Shown in pieces: positions 39,729 through 50,540 of a stretch of DNA of 64,000 nt. The stretch comes from Candidatus Latescibacterota bacterium (lineage in GTDB: Bacteria > Latescibacterota > UBA2968 > UBA8231). How positions within the stretch are numbered: the first letter of the stretch is position 1; each line of letters begins with the position of its first letter. The position numbers and the translations under genes are program-made. Below the pieces are notes generated by a model. It saw nothing but the letters and a program-made list of their open reading frames with translations, was not told the origin of the DNA and did no database searches. The stretch covers positions 3,776,001 to 3,840,000 of the forward strand of contig OZ253462.1 of NCBI GenBank assembly GCA_965261395.1, written 5' to 3'.

Positions 39729-41303
39729 CTAGTGCGGCAGTACGGTCACTTCCACCTCGTCAATGACGACAGCCCCTTCGGGGAGGCCGGAAGACAACAA
39801 GCGGACGCCGAGGGCATTGTCGCCGTCGCGTATGAGCGGCGACGACAGATCGATAATGCAGGTCGTATGCGCGGGGAGCGGCCGTCCCTGATTCGGGTGC
39901 CGGCCATCGCTGTGCCAGATGTGGCGCACCCTGTCGGCGGGGATGGCCGTGCCGTTGATATCGACCGCAATCTGATCGTAAGGCCCTAAGCCCGTAGCGC
40001 GGAAGAACAGCTTGGCGAAGACGATCTCGTCGAAGTTTTCGTACAGGCGAAAATGATACTGCCCATAAGGCTGCTTCTCCGTCCGCTCAAGGTGGATCTT
40101 GGTGTCTCTGACGATCCCACCTGCGGTCATGCCCGGGGAGCCAAAGGCCATAGAGCCGCCCCACATGGGGTGAAAGAGATAGTGCCGAGCGCCAGCGGCA
40201 ATTTTGGCCGGATCGCGCAGTTCCCGCAGGTAGCTAAGGGCCAGGGGATACATGGCCTCTGACCCGGGATCGCGGGTCGATTTCCAGAAGGCATCCCAGT
40301 GCATCTGAAAATTGTACATGGAGACCCCGTCGGCACCTTGGCGGGCAAACGAGTGGGCCAAGGCGCGGTAGTTTTCGAGCGTCAACGGCGGCCCCGTGCG
40401 GTCGAGGTTGGCGCAATAGGGGAGGAGGCCGGGGATGAGTTCGCACTTGGTGGCTTTGGTGAGTTGGCTGAACTCTTGGTACGGGGCGTTGCAATCCGAA
40501 TACATGGCATCTTGGGGAGCGACGTAGTCGATGAGCGCTTCCGCTATCCAGGTAGGCACATCGAGACCGCAGTTGTGGCACTCCTCCAACGCCTCCGGGA
40601 CGCGGACCCCCAACACTAGGTCGCGGCCTCGGCTGCTTCCGGCTTGGTCCAGCATGTCTCGCACCCGCCGGATCAATTCAGTCATAAGCGGTTGGCGCTC
40701 GCGCGCTAGGCTTCTATCGCCTTGGGGAGCTGGAAAGTAAAGACCTTCGCGGAAGACCAGCTCAAGCCCATCTACGTCGAATTGATCGACGACCTCTGCC
40801 ATTACTGAAAAGAGATAATCGCGCACGCCATCAAAGGTAAAATCCATCCTGTTGCCGGGAACGAAGGCCGCGCCCTGCGGCATCTCCGCAAGTTTCCACT
40901 GCGGATTCTTGTGAAGGAACATCCCCCCTTGGTCGGGCGCGCCGTGGCTGTCGTTCATGCGAAAACCGGCGAGAAAATTCATCCCGTGCTTGCGGGCTTG
41001 GTCCAGCATCACCTGCAGCGGCATGATCCCGTCGTCCATCATGGGGATAAAGCGCCGATGCTGGGGACGGGCGTCGTACTCGAAGCGCGGGGAGCGAAAG
41101 TACAAGGTCCAACCGGCGTTATAGACCTCTTGGATAAAGGTATCGGGTCGGTTGGCAGCGACGTTATCGATTATGCGCCGCAGTTCCTCTGGCTTGGCGG
41201 GGTGTGAGGTTATGAGGGGACGCGCTTTGCCCGGGTCAAAATCGTAGTTGGCATTGCCCGAGGGGTCGCTGACGTAGATGAGCCTCCATTTATCGTGCGG
41301 CAT
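39729..41303 (-). CDS. Hypothetical TIM-barrel protein, glycosyl hydrolase-like (GHL10-like)
   Basis: GFRMNDSH, DFTFDGVRDY, FDVDGLEL, GADGVSMYNF; GGAGG RBS. Confidence 0.65.
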   Translation of the reverse strand: MPHDKWRLIYVSDPSGNANYDFDPGKARPLITSHPAKPEELRRIIDNVAANRPDTFIQEVYNAGWTLYFRSPRFEYDARPQHRRFIPMMDDGIMPLQVMLDQARKHGMNFLAGFRMNDSHGAPDQGGMFLHKNPQWKLAEMPQGAAFVPGNRMDFTFDGVRDYLFSVMAEVVDQFDVDGLELVFREGLYFPAPQGDRSLARERQPLMTELIRRVRDMLDQAGSSRGRDLVLGVRVPEALEECHNCGLDVPTWIAEALIDYVAPQDAMYSDCNAPYQEFSQLTKATKCELIPGLLPYCANLDRTGPPLTLENYRALAHSFARQGADGVSMYNFQMHWDAFWKSTRDPGSEAMYPLALSYLRELRDPAKIAAGARHYLFHPMWGGSMAFGSPGMTAGGIVRDTKIHLERTEKQPYGQYHFRLYENFDEIVFAKLFFRATGLGPYDQIAVDINGTAIPADRVRHIWHSDGRHPNQGRPLPAHTTCIIDLSSPLIRDGDNALGVRLLSSGLPEGAVVIDEVEVTVLPH

Positions 41304-41508
41304 CTTGTCCTCCAGTAGGAGCTAACGTCGCCGAGTCGGATGGCTTTCGTTTGACCGACTCTGCGATTCCTCGCCTTTAGGCGAAGCAACGTTTATTTTT
41401 ATGGAGTTGTAGAAGGAAGGGCTTTTTGGTGAAACGGCTGCCGACTACCAAATGTGCGTCGCAGTTAGGTCGGACTAATTATGTCCAACCCGTGTGCGAC
41501 GCGATGTT

Positions 41509-41584
41509 TGGTGGAGCTGATCGGGATCGAACCGACGACCTCAGGCTTGCAAAGCCCGCGCTCTCCCAGCTGAGCTACAGCCCC
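41509..41584 (-). tRNA. tRNA-Ala (TGC), CCA encoded
   Basis: GGGGCTGTAGCTCAGCTGGGAGAGCG..TTTGCAA..GGTTCGATCCC..CTCCACCA, 76 nt. Confidence 0.97.
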
Positions 41585-41659
41585 ATATCCGGTGAGAAAA
41601 AAAGTTAAGTTAGTGGCTGCACTGCGTCAACGCGGCCACGTATAAGCGAAAGGTGGAAT

Positions 41660-42841
41660 ATGGTAGATCCAGTTGTAGTCAGTGCCCGACGCACGGCCAC
41701 GGGCCGCTTTGGTGGTGCGCTGCAAGACGTGACCGCGGCAGAGCTAGGCGGGAAGGTGCTCGCCGCGGCATTGGCGGAGAGCCAAGTGGAAGCGCGCGAA
41801 GTAGATGAAGTGCTGATGGGTATGGTGTATCAGGGCGGGGCCGGGGCCAATCCGGCGCGCCAGGCGGCCATCGCTGCCGGGCTGCCGTACGAGGTGCCGT
41901 CGATGACGGTCAACAAACTCTGCGGCTCGGGGCTGAAGGCGATTGCGCTGGCTGCGCAAGCCTTGCGGGCCGGCGAGGCCGAGGTGGTGCTGGCCGGGGG
42001 CATGGAGAATATGAGCCAAGCACCCTACGTCCTGCACGGGGGGCGATGGGGACAGCGACTGGGGCACGGCCAAGTCGAGGACATGCTACTGCTCGATGGG
42101 CTGTGGGATTGTTTTTACGACTGCCACATGGGGGTTACGGCCGAAAACTTGGCCGCAGAATACGGGATTACCCGCGCCGAACAGGACCAATTCGCCGCGC
42201 GGAGTCAACAGCGGTGGGCCAGTACCCAGGAGCAGCAGGCATTTAAAGGCCAGATTGTCCCCATATCCATCGCGCAAAAAGGTGGGGAGACCGCCTTTGC
42301 AACAGATGAGCATCCGCGTCCCGGGACCACCGTCGAGCAGCTAAGTCAGCTCAAACCGGCGTTCAAGAAAGATGGGACCGTGACCGCGGGCAATGCTTCG
42401 GGCATCAACGATGGGGCCGCCGCGCTGCTGTTAATGACCGAAGAGGGGGCCAAGGCGCGTGGGCTGGTGCCACTGGCCTATCTCCGGGGCACGGCCAGTG
42501 CTGGTGTCGATCCCCGCATTATGGGTATCGGCCCGGCACCAGCGATCCGCAAGCTGTTGGCCCAGACCGGTACCCGGTTAGAAGACGTAGATCGGATCGA
42601 ACTCAACGAAGCGTTCGCCGCCCAGAGCTTGGCCGTAGGTCGGGAACTGGATTGGGACTGGGATAAGGTCAACGTCCAAGGCGGAGCCATTGCTATGGGC
42701 CATGCCGTCGGTGCCAGCGGTGCACGCATGGCCACCACGCTTTTGCACCAAATGCAGCAGCGCAGCGTCAGGCTGGGTATAGCTGCGCTGTGCATTGGCG
42801 GGGGGATGGGCATTGCCGCGCTCTTCGAGCGAGTGGAATAA
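41660..42841 (+). CDS. Acetyl-CoA C-acetyltransferase (thiolase)
   Basis: NKLCGSG, NEAFA, GHAVGASG, LCIGGG. Confidence 0.95.
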   Translation: MVDPVVVSARRTATGRFGGALQDVTAAELGGKVLAAALAESQVEAREVDEVLMGMVYQGGAGANPARQAAIAAGLPYEVPSMTVNKLCGSGLKAIALAAQALRAGEAEVVLAGGMENMSQAPYVLHGGRWGQRLGHGQVEDMLLLDGLWDCFYDCHMGVTAENLAAEYGITRAEQDQFAARSQQRWASTQEQQAFKGQIVPISIAQKGGETAFATDEHPRPGTTVEQLSQLKPAFKKDGTVTAGNASGINDGAAALLLMTEEGAKARGLVPLAYLRGTASAGVDPRIMGIGPAPAIRKLLAQTGTRLEDVDRIELNEAFAAQSLAVGRELDWDWDKVNVQGGAIAMGHAVGASGARMATTLLHQMQQRSVRLGIAALCIGGGMGIAALFERVE

Positions 42842-42910
42842 GCGCGGGCCGGGCGCGGCGCGTCTCGTTCGTCCGCCGACTGCACCCGCCTGCCCGCGCA
42901 CATTCCTTGC

Positions 42911-43312
42911 TCAAGCCGCCTGGAGGGCGGTTTCTTCCTGCACATCTTCCTCCTGCGTGTCTTCCGCATCTTTTTCCAGAACTTGCAGGTTCCGCACCTG
43001 CACTTGGACGCGGAAGTGGGGCTGGTCGGCGTCGTCGCGCCAAGAATGGCTTTGCAGGCGGCCGGTGATAAAGACCGGCGTGCCCTTGTGCAGGCGTTTG
43101 GCCAAGGTCTCGGCCGCTTTCTGCCAGAGGATGATGTCGAAGAAGGAGGTCTCCTCTTGCCATTCTTGATTGCGGTCGCGATAGGAGCGGTTGACGGCGA
43201 CCCGCCCTCGCAGGCGGGCGGCGCCGTTGTCCATGAAGCGGAAGTCGGGCTCTTGCACCAAGCGGCCGCTGAGGGCGACTTGGTTGATATTGGGCATCCT
43301 TAGGGTCGGCAT
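42911..43312 (-). CDS. ssb: Single-stranded DNA-binding protein, short form
   Basis: INQVALSGRL..P..AVNR..KG..V.ITGRLQ..W; lacks the DDIPF tail. Confidence 0.9.
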   Translation of the reverse strand: MPTLRMPNINQVALSGRLVQEPDFRFMDNGAARLRGRVAVNRSYRDRNQEWQEETSFFDIILWQKAAETLAKRLHKGTPVFITGRLQSHSWRDDADQPHFRVQVQVRNLQVLEKDAEDTQEEDVQEETALQAA

Positions 43313-43371
43313 GAAGTTCCTCCTGATAGATGAGTGAGGCGTCCGTTGGCGGACCGCATGACCATGGCGTT

Positions 43372-43387
43372 AGCAGAAAGTGTGCCA
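43372..43387 (-). promoter_or_regulatory. Putative sigma54 (-24/-12) promoter of ssb
   Basis: TGGCACACTTTCTGCT on the minus strand, GG-N10-GC spacing, 60 bp upstream of the ATG. Confidence 0.7.
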
Positions 43388-43486
43388 GCGAGCCGCCTAC
43401 GCGCTCAATGGTTTGTTCGGCAATTCGTTATATAGGTCGTTTGACGAGCCGCGATAAGAGGCCATTGCCCCAAATGGGATACACTG

Positions 43487-44964
43487 ATGAGTAACGGAGG
43501 AAACGCGAAGATCCTAGCGCAGCACTTTACGCCCGCAGCGGTAGCACAACTGGCTTGGGATGCGGTGCGCACGCTCGCGGAAAAAGAGTTGAGTGCCGGT
43601 GCACGCGTGATCGATCCAGCCGCGGGCGAAGGGGCGTTGTTGGCCGTGGTCGGACGAGCCTATCAGACCACGGGCATTGAGATCGACGAGGGGCTAGCCG
43701 AGCGGGGGCGCAAGCAAGCGGATCGGTTTTATACCGGAGACGGCTTGCTCGGCACCTTTCCCGAGGTGGCGGACGAGTCATTCGATTGCGTGTTGGCCAA
43801 TCCGCCTTTTGGCAAGTTGGGGACGATGCGGTCCTTGTTTGAGGCGGATGGTTCTCGTCGGCTCGCCCAGCGCTTTAGGCTCCTCGATGGGCAAAAGCAG
43901 ATGCGCGCCTTCCCGGTGGAATCGCTTTTTGTCGAGCGCGCACTGCAACTAACCCGGCCCGCTGGTTGGATGGCCCTGATATTGCCCGAGGGATTCCTCG
44001 CCAATGCCCGGCGGCAGGGCGTGCGCGACTGGCTGCTCGCGCGCGCTGAGGTGCGGGCCGTCGTCGCCCTGCCTGGAGCCTTCAACAAGGTGCAGACGGC
44101 CTTAGTCGTCTTGCGCCGCAGCTGGCCGCTGGCCCGGACCAAGGCACGGCTGATCGCACCGGTCGGGAAAAAGCCGAGCGTGGAGCAGTACGCGCAGCGT
44201 ACCCAGCTTTTGCTCGGCGCACCCGCCCGTCGCGGGCCGGAGGCCGCGTTCCTGAGCGTAGGGCAGCACGCGCTGCGTGCCCGGCGTTGGGATCCGCGCT
44301 TCTGGCAAGGGCGCGCAGCCGTGCGCCGCTTGGCGGGCCGCTTGCGACTGGTCCCGTTGGGGGAGTACATCTGCTATTTGACATACGGGCCTATTGTCAC
44401 GGGCAGCCGTCCTCAGCACGTAGAGGCCGGAGTGCCGGTCATCCGGCAGGGCGACATTGCCGAAACCGGGCTCGACGAGCACGCGCTCTTGTGCGTCGCG
44501 CCCGCAGGCGCGCACGATCCGTCACGCAGCCGCCACGCAGCCGCGTGCGCCCCGGGGATTTGCTGTTGCCTCGGTCTGGGGCCGGGGCCTTGGGCCGGAA
44601 CCGCCTCGCGGTATATCTGGGGAGCAGGCCGGCTAATGTGGGTTGTTTTGTCGATCTGATCCGGCTGGAGGGGCTCAATCCGTTTTACGCTTGGTTTTTT
44701 TTCAAGACGCGGCTGGGCCGCGAGCAGATCGCCGCGCAAGCCAACGGAGTGGGCACGCCGAATATCAGCTTTGGCGAAATTCGCGCGTTGCAGATTGCGG
44801 CCTTGCCCTCGGCCTATCAGGACGCACTCGAAAGGCGCTATCGGGAGCAAGTGTGGCCCCTGCACTGCCGCCGCGAGCGTGCGGAATTTCGCGCCGAGGC
44901 AGAGCGGCGCTTCCGCGCTATCGTCGGCGAGCTAGAAGACTACTTACAGACGCGATGCCAATAG
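43487..44964 (+). pseudogene. N6-adenine MTase fused to an HsdS-like TRD, frameshifted by an 11-bp duplication
   Basis: QHFTP, DPAAGEG, NPPF, LPEG; tandem CACGCAGCCGC x2 at 44523-44544; TRD-like RVRPGDLL..SG..G..GTPNIS in the next frame. Confidence 0.8.
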
Positions 44965-45021
44965 GCAAGTTAGGTTATTCCTCTATCGCCAACGGCCCTC
45001 GAATCGTATTTTATCATAACT

Positions 45022-47082
45022 ATGTCCGATCACAAACACATCAACCGGCTCGCCGACGAATCCAGCCCGTACTTGCGCCAGCACGCCCACAATCCCGTCG
45101 ATTGGTATCCTTGGGGAGAGGAGGCGCTAGCCGCGGCCCGCGACGCCGATCGGCCCATCTTGCTCTCAGTGGGGTATTCGGCCTGTCATTGGTGCCACGT
45201 CATGGAGCGCGAATCATTTGAAGACGAGCAAATCGCCCAGCGCATGAACGCGTACTTTATCAACATCAAGGTCGATCGCGAAGAACGGCCCGATGTCGAT
45301 GAGATTTACATGACGGCCGTGCAGGCCATGACCGGCCAGGGAGGCTGGCCGATGACGGTGTTCCTAACGCCGGACTTGAAGCCTTTTTACGGCGGGACGT
45401 ACTTCCCTCCAGAAGACCGCCACGGGCGGCCGGGCTTTCCCAGGGTGCTGCAAGCGATAGCGGATTACTACCGGGAAAACCGCGCCGGAGTCGCCGAAAA
45501 AACGGCCGAACTCATGCGCGCCCTCCAGCAACACGCTCAGTTTTTGACGCCGGGAGGCGTTCCTGGCGAAGAAGTCCTCGACGGGGCCTGTGAGCAGCTC
45601 AAATCCACGTACGACCGCACGTACGGAGGGTTTGGCGGCGCGCCCAAATTTCCGCCGAGCATGAGCTTGTCTTTGCTGTTGCGGCGCTATGCTAGACGAG
45701 GTGACCAGCGCGCGCTAGAAATCGCTGAGCACACGCTCAAGCACATGGCGAGAGGGGGGATGTACGACCAGCTTGGAGGGGGCTTTCACCGCTACTCGGT
45801 GGATGAGCGCTGGCTCGTGCCCCACTTTGAGAAAATGCTCTACGACAATGCCTTGCTGGTGTGGACCTACCTCGACGCCTATCAGGCGACCCAAGACGAA
45901 TTCTACCGCGAGGTCGTCGAGCACACCCTCGGCTATGTGCTGCGCGAGATGACGCAGCCCGCAGGCGGCTTCTACGCGGCGCAGGACGCGGACAGCGAGG
46001 GCGAGGAAGGCCTGTTTTTTACTTGGCTTTTAGAGGATATTGAGGCCCTGCTGGGCGAAGAAGATGCCGCGCTGTTTGCCCGCTATTACGGCGTGGTGCC
46101 CGAGGGCAACTTCGAGCACGGGCGAAATATCTTGCACGTGGAAAACGAGCTAGAGGGGGTTGCGCTCTTTCTCAAGGTAGCGCCGGAGCGGCTGGCTCAA
46201 GTGGTGGAGCGCGGCAGCGCGGTGCTGCTAGCGGCGCGGCAACAGCGCGTTGCCCCCGGGCGCGACGACAAAATTCTGACGGCTTGGAACGGGCTGATGA
46301 TCAGCGCGATGGCCCGTGCCTACCAAGTTATCGGGGAGGAGCGCTACCTACGAGCGGCTGTCGAGGCGGCCGACTTTATTTTAGAACGCATGGTCTGCGA
46401 CGGCCAACTCCTGCACACCTACAAGGACGGTCGGGCACGGATTTCGGCCTATCAGGACGACTACGCCGGCCTAGTCAACGGCCTGCTGGACCTTTATGAG
46501 GCGAGTTTTGAGCTGCGCTTTTTTGCGGCGGCAGAGCGCTGGGCTGCCGAGATGGTTGCGCGGTTTTGGGATGGGGAGCAGGGCGGGTTTTTCTATGCAG
46601 GGGCCGAGGCGACCGACTTGATCGTGCGCACCAAGAACCCGTTTGACAACGCCACGCCCTCGGGCAACTCGCTGGGTGCTTTGGCGCTTTTGCGCTTGGG
46701 AGCGATGAAGGGCGATCAGGCGTTGTGGCAGCAGGGCGAGCAAGCTCTCGTCCTCTTCGAGCAGCTATTGCGCCGCGCTCCTTCCGCTGGGGCGCAGATG
46801 CTCTGCGCCCTCGACTTCTACTTGGCTAGGCCCACGGAGATTGCCTTGGTGGGGGACCAAGCCGAGTGCTGTGCTTTTGCGGCGGCGCTGCACGGGTGCT
46901 TTGTGCCCAATAAGGTCGTGTTGGCCGCATCCGTTGGGGCGGATGAAGCCGCTGCTGCACTGCCGCTGCTAGAGGGGAAGTTGTCCGTCAGCGGGCGGGC
47001 GTACGTGTGCCGTGACGAGACTTGCTCACAGCCGCTAACTACGGCTGCGGACTTGGTGGAGCAGCTGAAGGCCGAGGGATGA
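45022..47082 (+). CDS. YyaL/SSP411 thioredoxin-domain protein
   Basis: [32 protein letters not shown]. Confidence 0.95.
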   Translation: MSDHKHINRLADESSPYLRQHAHNPVDWYPWGEEALAAARDADRPILLSVGYSACHWCHVMERESFEDEQIAQRMNAYFINIKVDREERPDVDEIYMTAVQAMTGQGGWPMTVFLTPDLKPFYGGTYFPPEDRHGRPGFPRVLQAIADYYRENRAGVAEKTAELMRALQQHAQFLTPGGVPGEEVLDGACEQLKSTYDRTYGGFGGAPKFPPSMSLSLLLRRYARRGDQRALEIAEHTLKHMARGGMYDQLGGGFHRYSVDERWLVPHFEKMLYDNALLVWTYLDAYQATQDEFYREVVEHTLGYVLREMTQPAGGFYAAQDADSEGEEGLFFTWLLEDIEALLGEEDAALFARYYGVVPEGNFEHGRNILHVENELEGVALFLKVAPERLAQVVERGSAVLLAARQQRVAPGRDDKILTAWNGLMISAMARAYQVIGEERYLRAAVEAADFILERMVCDGQLLHTYKDGRARISAYQDDYAGLVNGLLDLYEASFELRFFAAAERWAAEMVARFWDGEQGGFFYAGAEATDLIVRTKNPFDNATPSGNSLGALALLRLGAMKGDQALWQQGEQALVLFEQLLRRAPSAGAQMLCALDFYLARPTEIALVGDQAECCAFAAALHGCFVPNKVVLAASVGADEAAAALPLLEGKLSVSGRAYVCRDETCSQPLTTAADLVEQLKAEG

Positions 47083-48032
47083 GCAAGCGCAAGACCGCAG
47101 ATGACATGTTGCAGTTAGTAGGGGACACGCCCCTCGTGCGTCTCTACCGCGTCGTGCCCGCCAATGGCAGCCAACTCTACGGCAAACTCGAAGCGCGCAA
47201 TCCAACCGGCAGCGTCAAAGACCGCATCGGCGTTAGCATGATCCGCGCCGCCGAGGCGGCCGGTCAGCTCAAAAAGGGCATGACCATCGTAGAGCCTACC
47301 AGCGGCAATACCGGAATTGCGCTGGCCCTCGCCGCGGCCGTACTGGGCTACCGGCTAGTGCTGACCATGCCCGAGAGCATGAGCTTGGAGCGGCGGCAAG
47401 TTATGGCCAGTTACGGTGCGGAAATCGAGCTGACGCCCGGGGATGAAGACATGTCCGGGGCTATCCGCAAGGCCGAAGAACTCCAAGCTGACGATCCCGG
47501 GGGTGTGTTTATTCCGCAGCAATTTGCCAACTTGGCCAACCCAGAAGCCCATCGCCGCACCACGGCCGAGGAGATTCTCGCGTCCACTGGGGGTGAGCTA
47601 GACGCCTTTGTCGCGGGGGTGGGAACTGGCGGCACCATAACCGGCGTTGGGGAGGTGCTCAAGCAGGCCGTGCCGGACGTGCGCATAGTAGCGGTTGAGC
47701 CTAAGCGCTCGCCCGTGCTCTCGGGGGGCGCAGCTAATTTGCACGGCATTCAGGGGATTGGCGCAGGTTTTGTTCCCGAAGTCCTCGAGCGGGAATTGAT
47801 TGACCAAATCGTGCAGATAGACGACGACGAGGCCTTTCACTACACTCGCCGCTTGGCCCGCGAGGAAGGGTTGCTGTTGGGGCCTTCGTCCGGGGCCAAT
47901 GTGGCGGCCAGCTTACAGGTGGCCAGCGCTCTAGGCCCGGAGGCCCGTCTGGTGACCATGCTCTGCGATACGGGGTTTCGCTATTTCAGCGTTGATGGGT
48001 TTATTGACGCTGAAGGCTCAGCGCAAGAGTAA
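47079..48032 (+). CDS. cysK: Cysteine synthase
   Basis: [25 protein letters not shown]. Confidence 0.93.
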   Translation: MSKRKTADDMLQLVGDTPLVRLYRVVPANGSQLYGKLEARNPTGSVKDRIGVSMIRAAEAAGQLKKGMTIVEPTSGNTGIALALAAAVLGYRLVLTMPESMSLERRQVMASYGAEIELTPGDEDMSGAIRKAEELQADDPGGVFIPQQFANLANPEAHRRTTAEEILASTGGELDAFVAGVGTGGTITGVGEVLKQAVPDVRIVAVEPKRSPVLSGGAANLHGIQGIGAGFVPEVLERELIDQIVQIDDDEAFHYTRRLAREEGLLLGPSSGANVAASLQVASALGPEARLVTMLCDTGFRYFSVDGFIDAEGSAQE

Positions 48033-50540
48033 CATCTTCGTTGCTTGGCTGGTCGCGCCCGCGCGCATGATGAGCAAGTAGGTGCCGCTGGCCAACGCCC
48101 TTCCCTGATCGTCCTTTCCATCCCAATGAATCTGATGCGTCCCCACGTCCCGATGCTGGCGCAAGAGAGTGCGCACGGCTTGGCCGAGGGCGTTGTGTAC
48201 GCGCAGCTCTACCAAGGTGCCGGCGGCGAGTGTGTAGGTGATTTGCGTCGAGCCATTGAAGGGGTTGGGGAACGCAGGTGCAAGGGCGAAGCGGGTCGGT
48301 TGTTGGCCTATAGCCGTGGGCCAAACCGGCTGTGCCAGTGCGATGCCGCGTGGATTCTGGCCGGCTGCGTAGTGGCCGACGACTTCTTCGCGCATGGCAT
48401 CAACGATGTGGATCTCATTGGAAAAGGAGCTGGTGACGTACGCTTGCGTGCCGTCGGGCGAGAAGGCAATGGCCCGTGGATTGCGGCCGATGGCGAGCTT
48501 TTTGCGCAGTGTTCCGCTGGCGGCATCGACGATTAGTAGGGAGCCTTCTTCGTGCGCGGTCAAATAGAGCTTGCGGCCATCGGGGCTGGGCGCGATGGCA
48601 AAGGTGCCGCTGACGCCTAAGTCGATGGAGCGCGAGACGGTCGCGCCATCGACATCAATGGCGGTCAAGCGGCCCGTGTCCATGCTGGTTACGTAAAGCG
48701 TCTTGCCGTCGGGCGCAAGAGCGAGGGAGCGCGGTTTCGGCGGTACTGATATGCGGCTGGTTATGTGGCCTTGCGGCGAGAGGACGAGTACGCGGCTGCC
48801 AGCGATGTCGGTGGTGAATATCTTATCGGCGGTAGCGGCGACGCCGTACAGCCCTTCACTCGTGTCAGCGAGTGAAACGGTGCGCGCTTGGCCCGACTCG
48901 ATATCGACGATAGTCAGCGCACTCGTGCCCGAGTTAGTCGCGTAGAGGGTTTTGCCGTCGGGCGCGAGGGCCATGTCGAGGGGCTGGATGGCGGTCTCGA
49001 TGCGCGTCTGGACTTGGAAGGTCGCGGTGTCGATGACGTGGAGGTCGTTCGACGAGAGATTGGACACGAAGAGTTGGTCGCCGACTAGGAGCACTTGGAT
49101 CGGCTCGTCGCCGACGGGGATACGCGCTAGCTCGCGACGGGTATCCGTATCGACGACGCCGATGGCATCGTCGTCGCGCAAGGCGGTAAAGGCCAGCGGG
49201 GCCCCGGTCAGCTCGACGATGGTGAAATCGAGCCAAGCGTCTGCGTAGGGAAAGTACGAGACCTTGCCGTCGGCACCGTGGGCTTCGATCTGATAGGCGG
49301 TGTGCGTGCCGACGTGCTGTCCGGGAATTTGGGCGACGAAGAAGCCGTCTTGCTGCTGCATCCGCAGGTGCTGTATGCTCCCTCCGTCAATTTGATAAAG
49401 AAGCCACAAGTTGACGGCATCGCGGGCTTCGACGCGCACTGGATAAGGGCCTTGTGTATCGGGGGTGTTGGTGACCAGCGCTATGGGGAGGACGAAGGGA
49501 TAGCCGGGCACGGCAAGACCCGTGACGAAATCAACATCGTCGATGTGCTGAGCAGCAGCCAAGTCGAGGATGGGGGCATAGGCGTCGTCGCGGGCGTTGT
49601 CGTAGAACTCCGCGGGGAATCCAATGGCAAAATCAGTGAAAATACCGCCGAAGTTCTCTTCGTTAATCGCCCCTGCAATGGGCGCGAGGCTCAGGCGGTA
49701 GCGACCCGGTGTCAAGCCGTGCAGCCGGTAGTGCCCGACCGTGGTGGCACTGGGGTCGGCACCCGAGACGGTGCTGAACAGTTGGCCGGTGTCGAGGTTT
49801 TCGGCTTTGATATGGGTGCCGAAGAGTGGCTGCTGGTCGAAGTTGCGGACTTGGCCGGTGATGCTGCCGACGCTGGCTTGATAGCCAACGGTCGGATAGA
49901 GGAAGCTGATGCCGGCGATGTCGTCGGGTTCGAGGCTTTGCGCTTCGCCGAAGTCGTCTCTGTAGTTGAAGGGGTTCATAGTCGGGCGGATATGCGGGGG
50001 GCCGTCGAGAGGAGTGTGTTCAAGTCCGAGCAGGTGGCCGATTTCGTGAATGGCCACGTCTTTGAGGTTTATCAAGCGGCCGCCGTTATCGCCAGCGGAA
50101 AAGCGGAAGTCGCGCCCGTTAAAGATGATGTCCGCGTCGGTGATATGGCCGGTCGTGGAATGGGACCTGATGCGAGTTAAGGCGATGACGCCGGTCTCGG
50201 GCGGGGCGTCTAGGTAGCGTCCGGTCTCGTCGAAGTAGATCAGGTTGCGCCTGTCTCTTTGCGTTGGGACGCTGCTTTGGGTCGTGCCCTGATCGACAAA
50301 GTCCACCCGCGCCGTAGGTACGTCACTCCAGACCTGAAAGCTTTCGCGTATCAGTGCACGGGTCCGGGTGGGAGATAGGTCGTCGGAACCGGCGGCGTGG
50401 AGCGCGAAGGGAATGCGGTCGGGGTGACGCCAGGTCTGCTGGACTTGGTGCCCAAATGGGGATTCAACGGTCTGGATGAGAAAGCCGTGGCTGGGCATGG
50501 CGACGAGCAGACTGCCAAGCAGCAGGCCGCTAGTGCGCAT
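48018..50540 (-). CDS. Secreted matrixin-like metalloprotease with YVTN beta-propeller and C-terminal FlgD-Ig domain
   Basis: Signal peptide, DADI, HEIGHLLGLEH + Met-turn (PTMNP), PDGKTLYVT repeats, FPNPFN..WDG. Confidence 0.85.
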   Translation of the reverse strand: MRTSGLLLGSLLVAMPSHGFLIQTVESPFGHQVQQTWRHPDRIPFALHAAGSDDLSPTRTRALIRESFQVWSDVPTARVDFVDQGTTQSSVPTQRDRRNLIYFDETGRYLDAPPETGVIALTRIRSHSTTGHITDADIIFNGRDFRFSAGDNGGRLINLKDVAIHEIGHLLGLEHTPLDGPPHIRPTMNPFNYRDDFGEAQSLEPDDIAGISFLYPTVGYQASVGSITGQVRNFDQQPLFGTHIKAENLDTGQLFSTVSGADPSATTVGHYRLHGLTPGRYRLSLAPIAGAINEENFGGIFTDFAIGFPAEFYDNARDDAYAPILDLAAAQHIDDVDFVTGLAVPGYPFVLPIALVTNTPDTQGPYPVRVEARDAVNLWLLYQIDGGSIQHLRMQQQDGFFVAQIPGQHVGTHTAYQIEAHGADGKVSYFPYADAWLDFTIVELTGAPLAFTALRDDDAIGVVDTDTRRELARIPVGDEPIQVLLVGDQLFVSNLSSNDLHVIDTATFQVQTRIETAIQPLDMALAPDGKTLYATNSGTSALTIVDIESGQARTVSLADTSEGLYGVAATADKIFTTDIAGSRVLVLSPQGHITSRISVPPKPRSLALAPDGKTLYVTSMDTGRLTAIDVDGATVSRSIDLGVSGTFAIAPSPDGRKLYLTAHEEGSLLIVDAASGTLRKKLAIGRNPRAIAFSPDGTQAYVTSSFSNEIHIVDAMREEVVGHYAAGQNPRGIALAQPVWPTAIGQQPTRFALAPAFPNPFNGSTQITYTLAAGTLVELRVHNALGQAVRTLLRQHRDVGTHQIHWDGKDDQGRALASGTYLLIMRAGATSQATKMLLLR

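Noticed and set aside
41334-41362. GAGTCGG...CCGACTC hairpin upstream of the GHL10-like gene as a riboswitch
   Set aside because: Only a short stem with no recognisable aptamer motif; at most a weak terminator or operator.
41509-41584. tRNA-Ala as an island integration site
   Set aside because: No duplicated tRNA 3' end and no integrase seen in the window.
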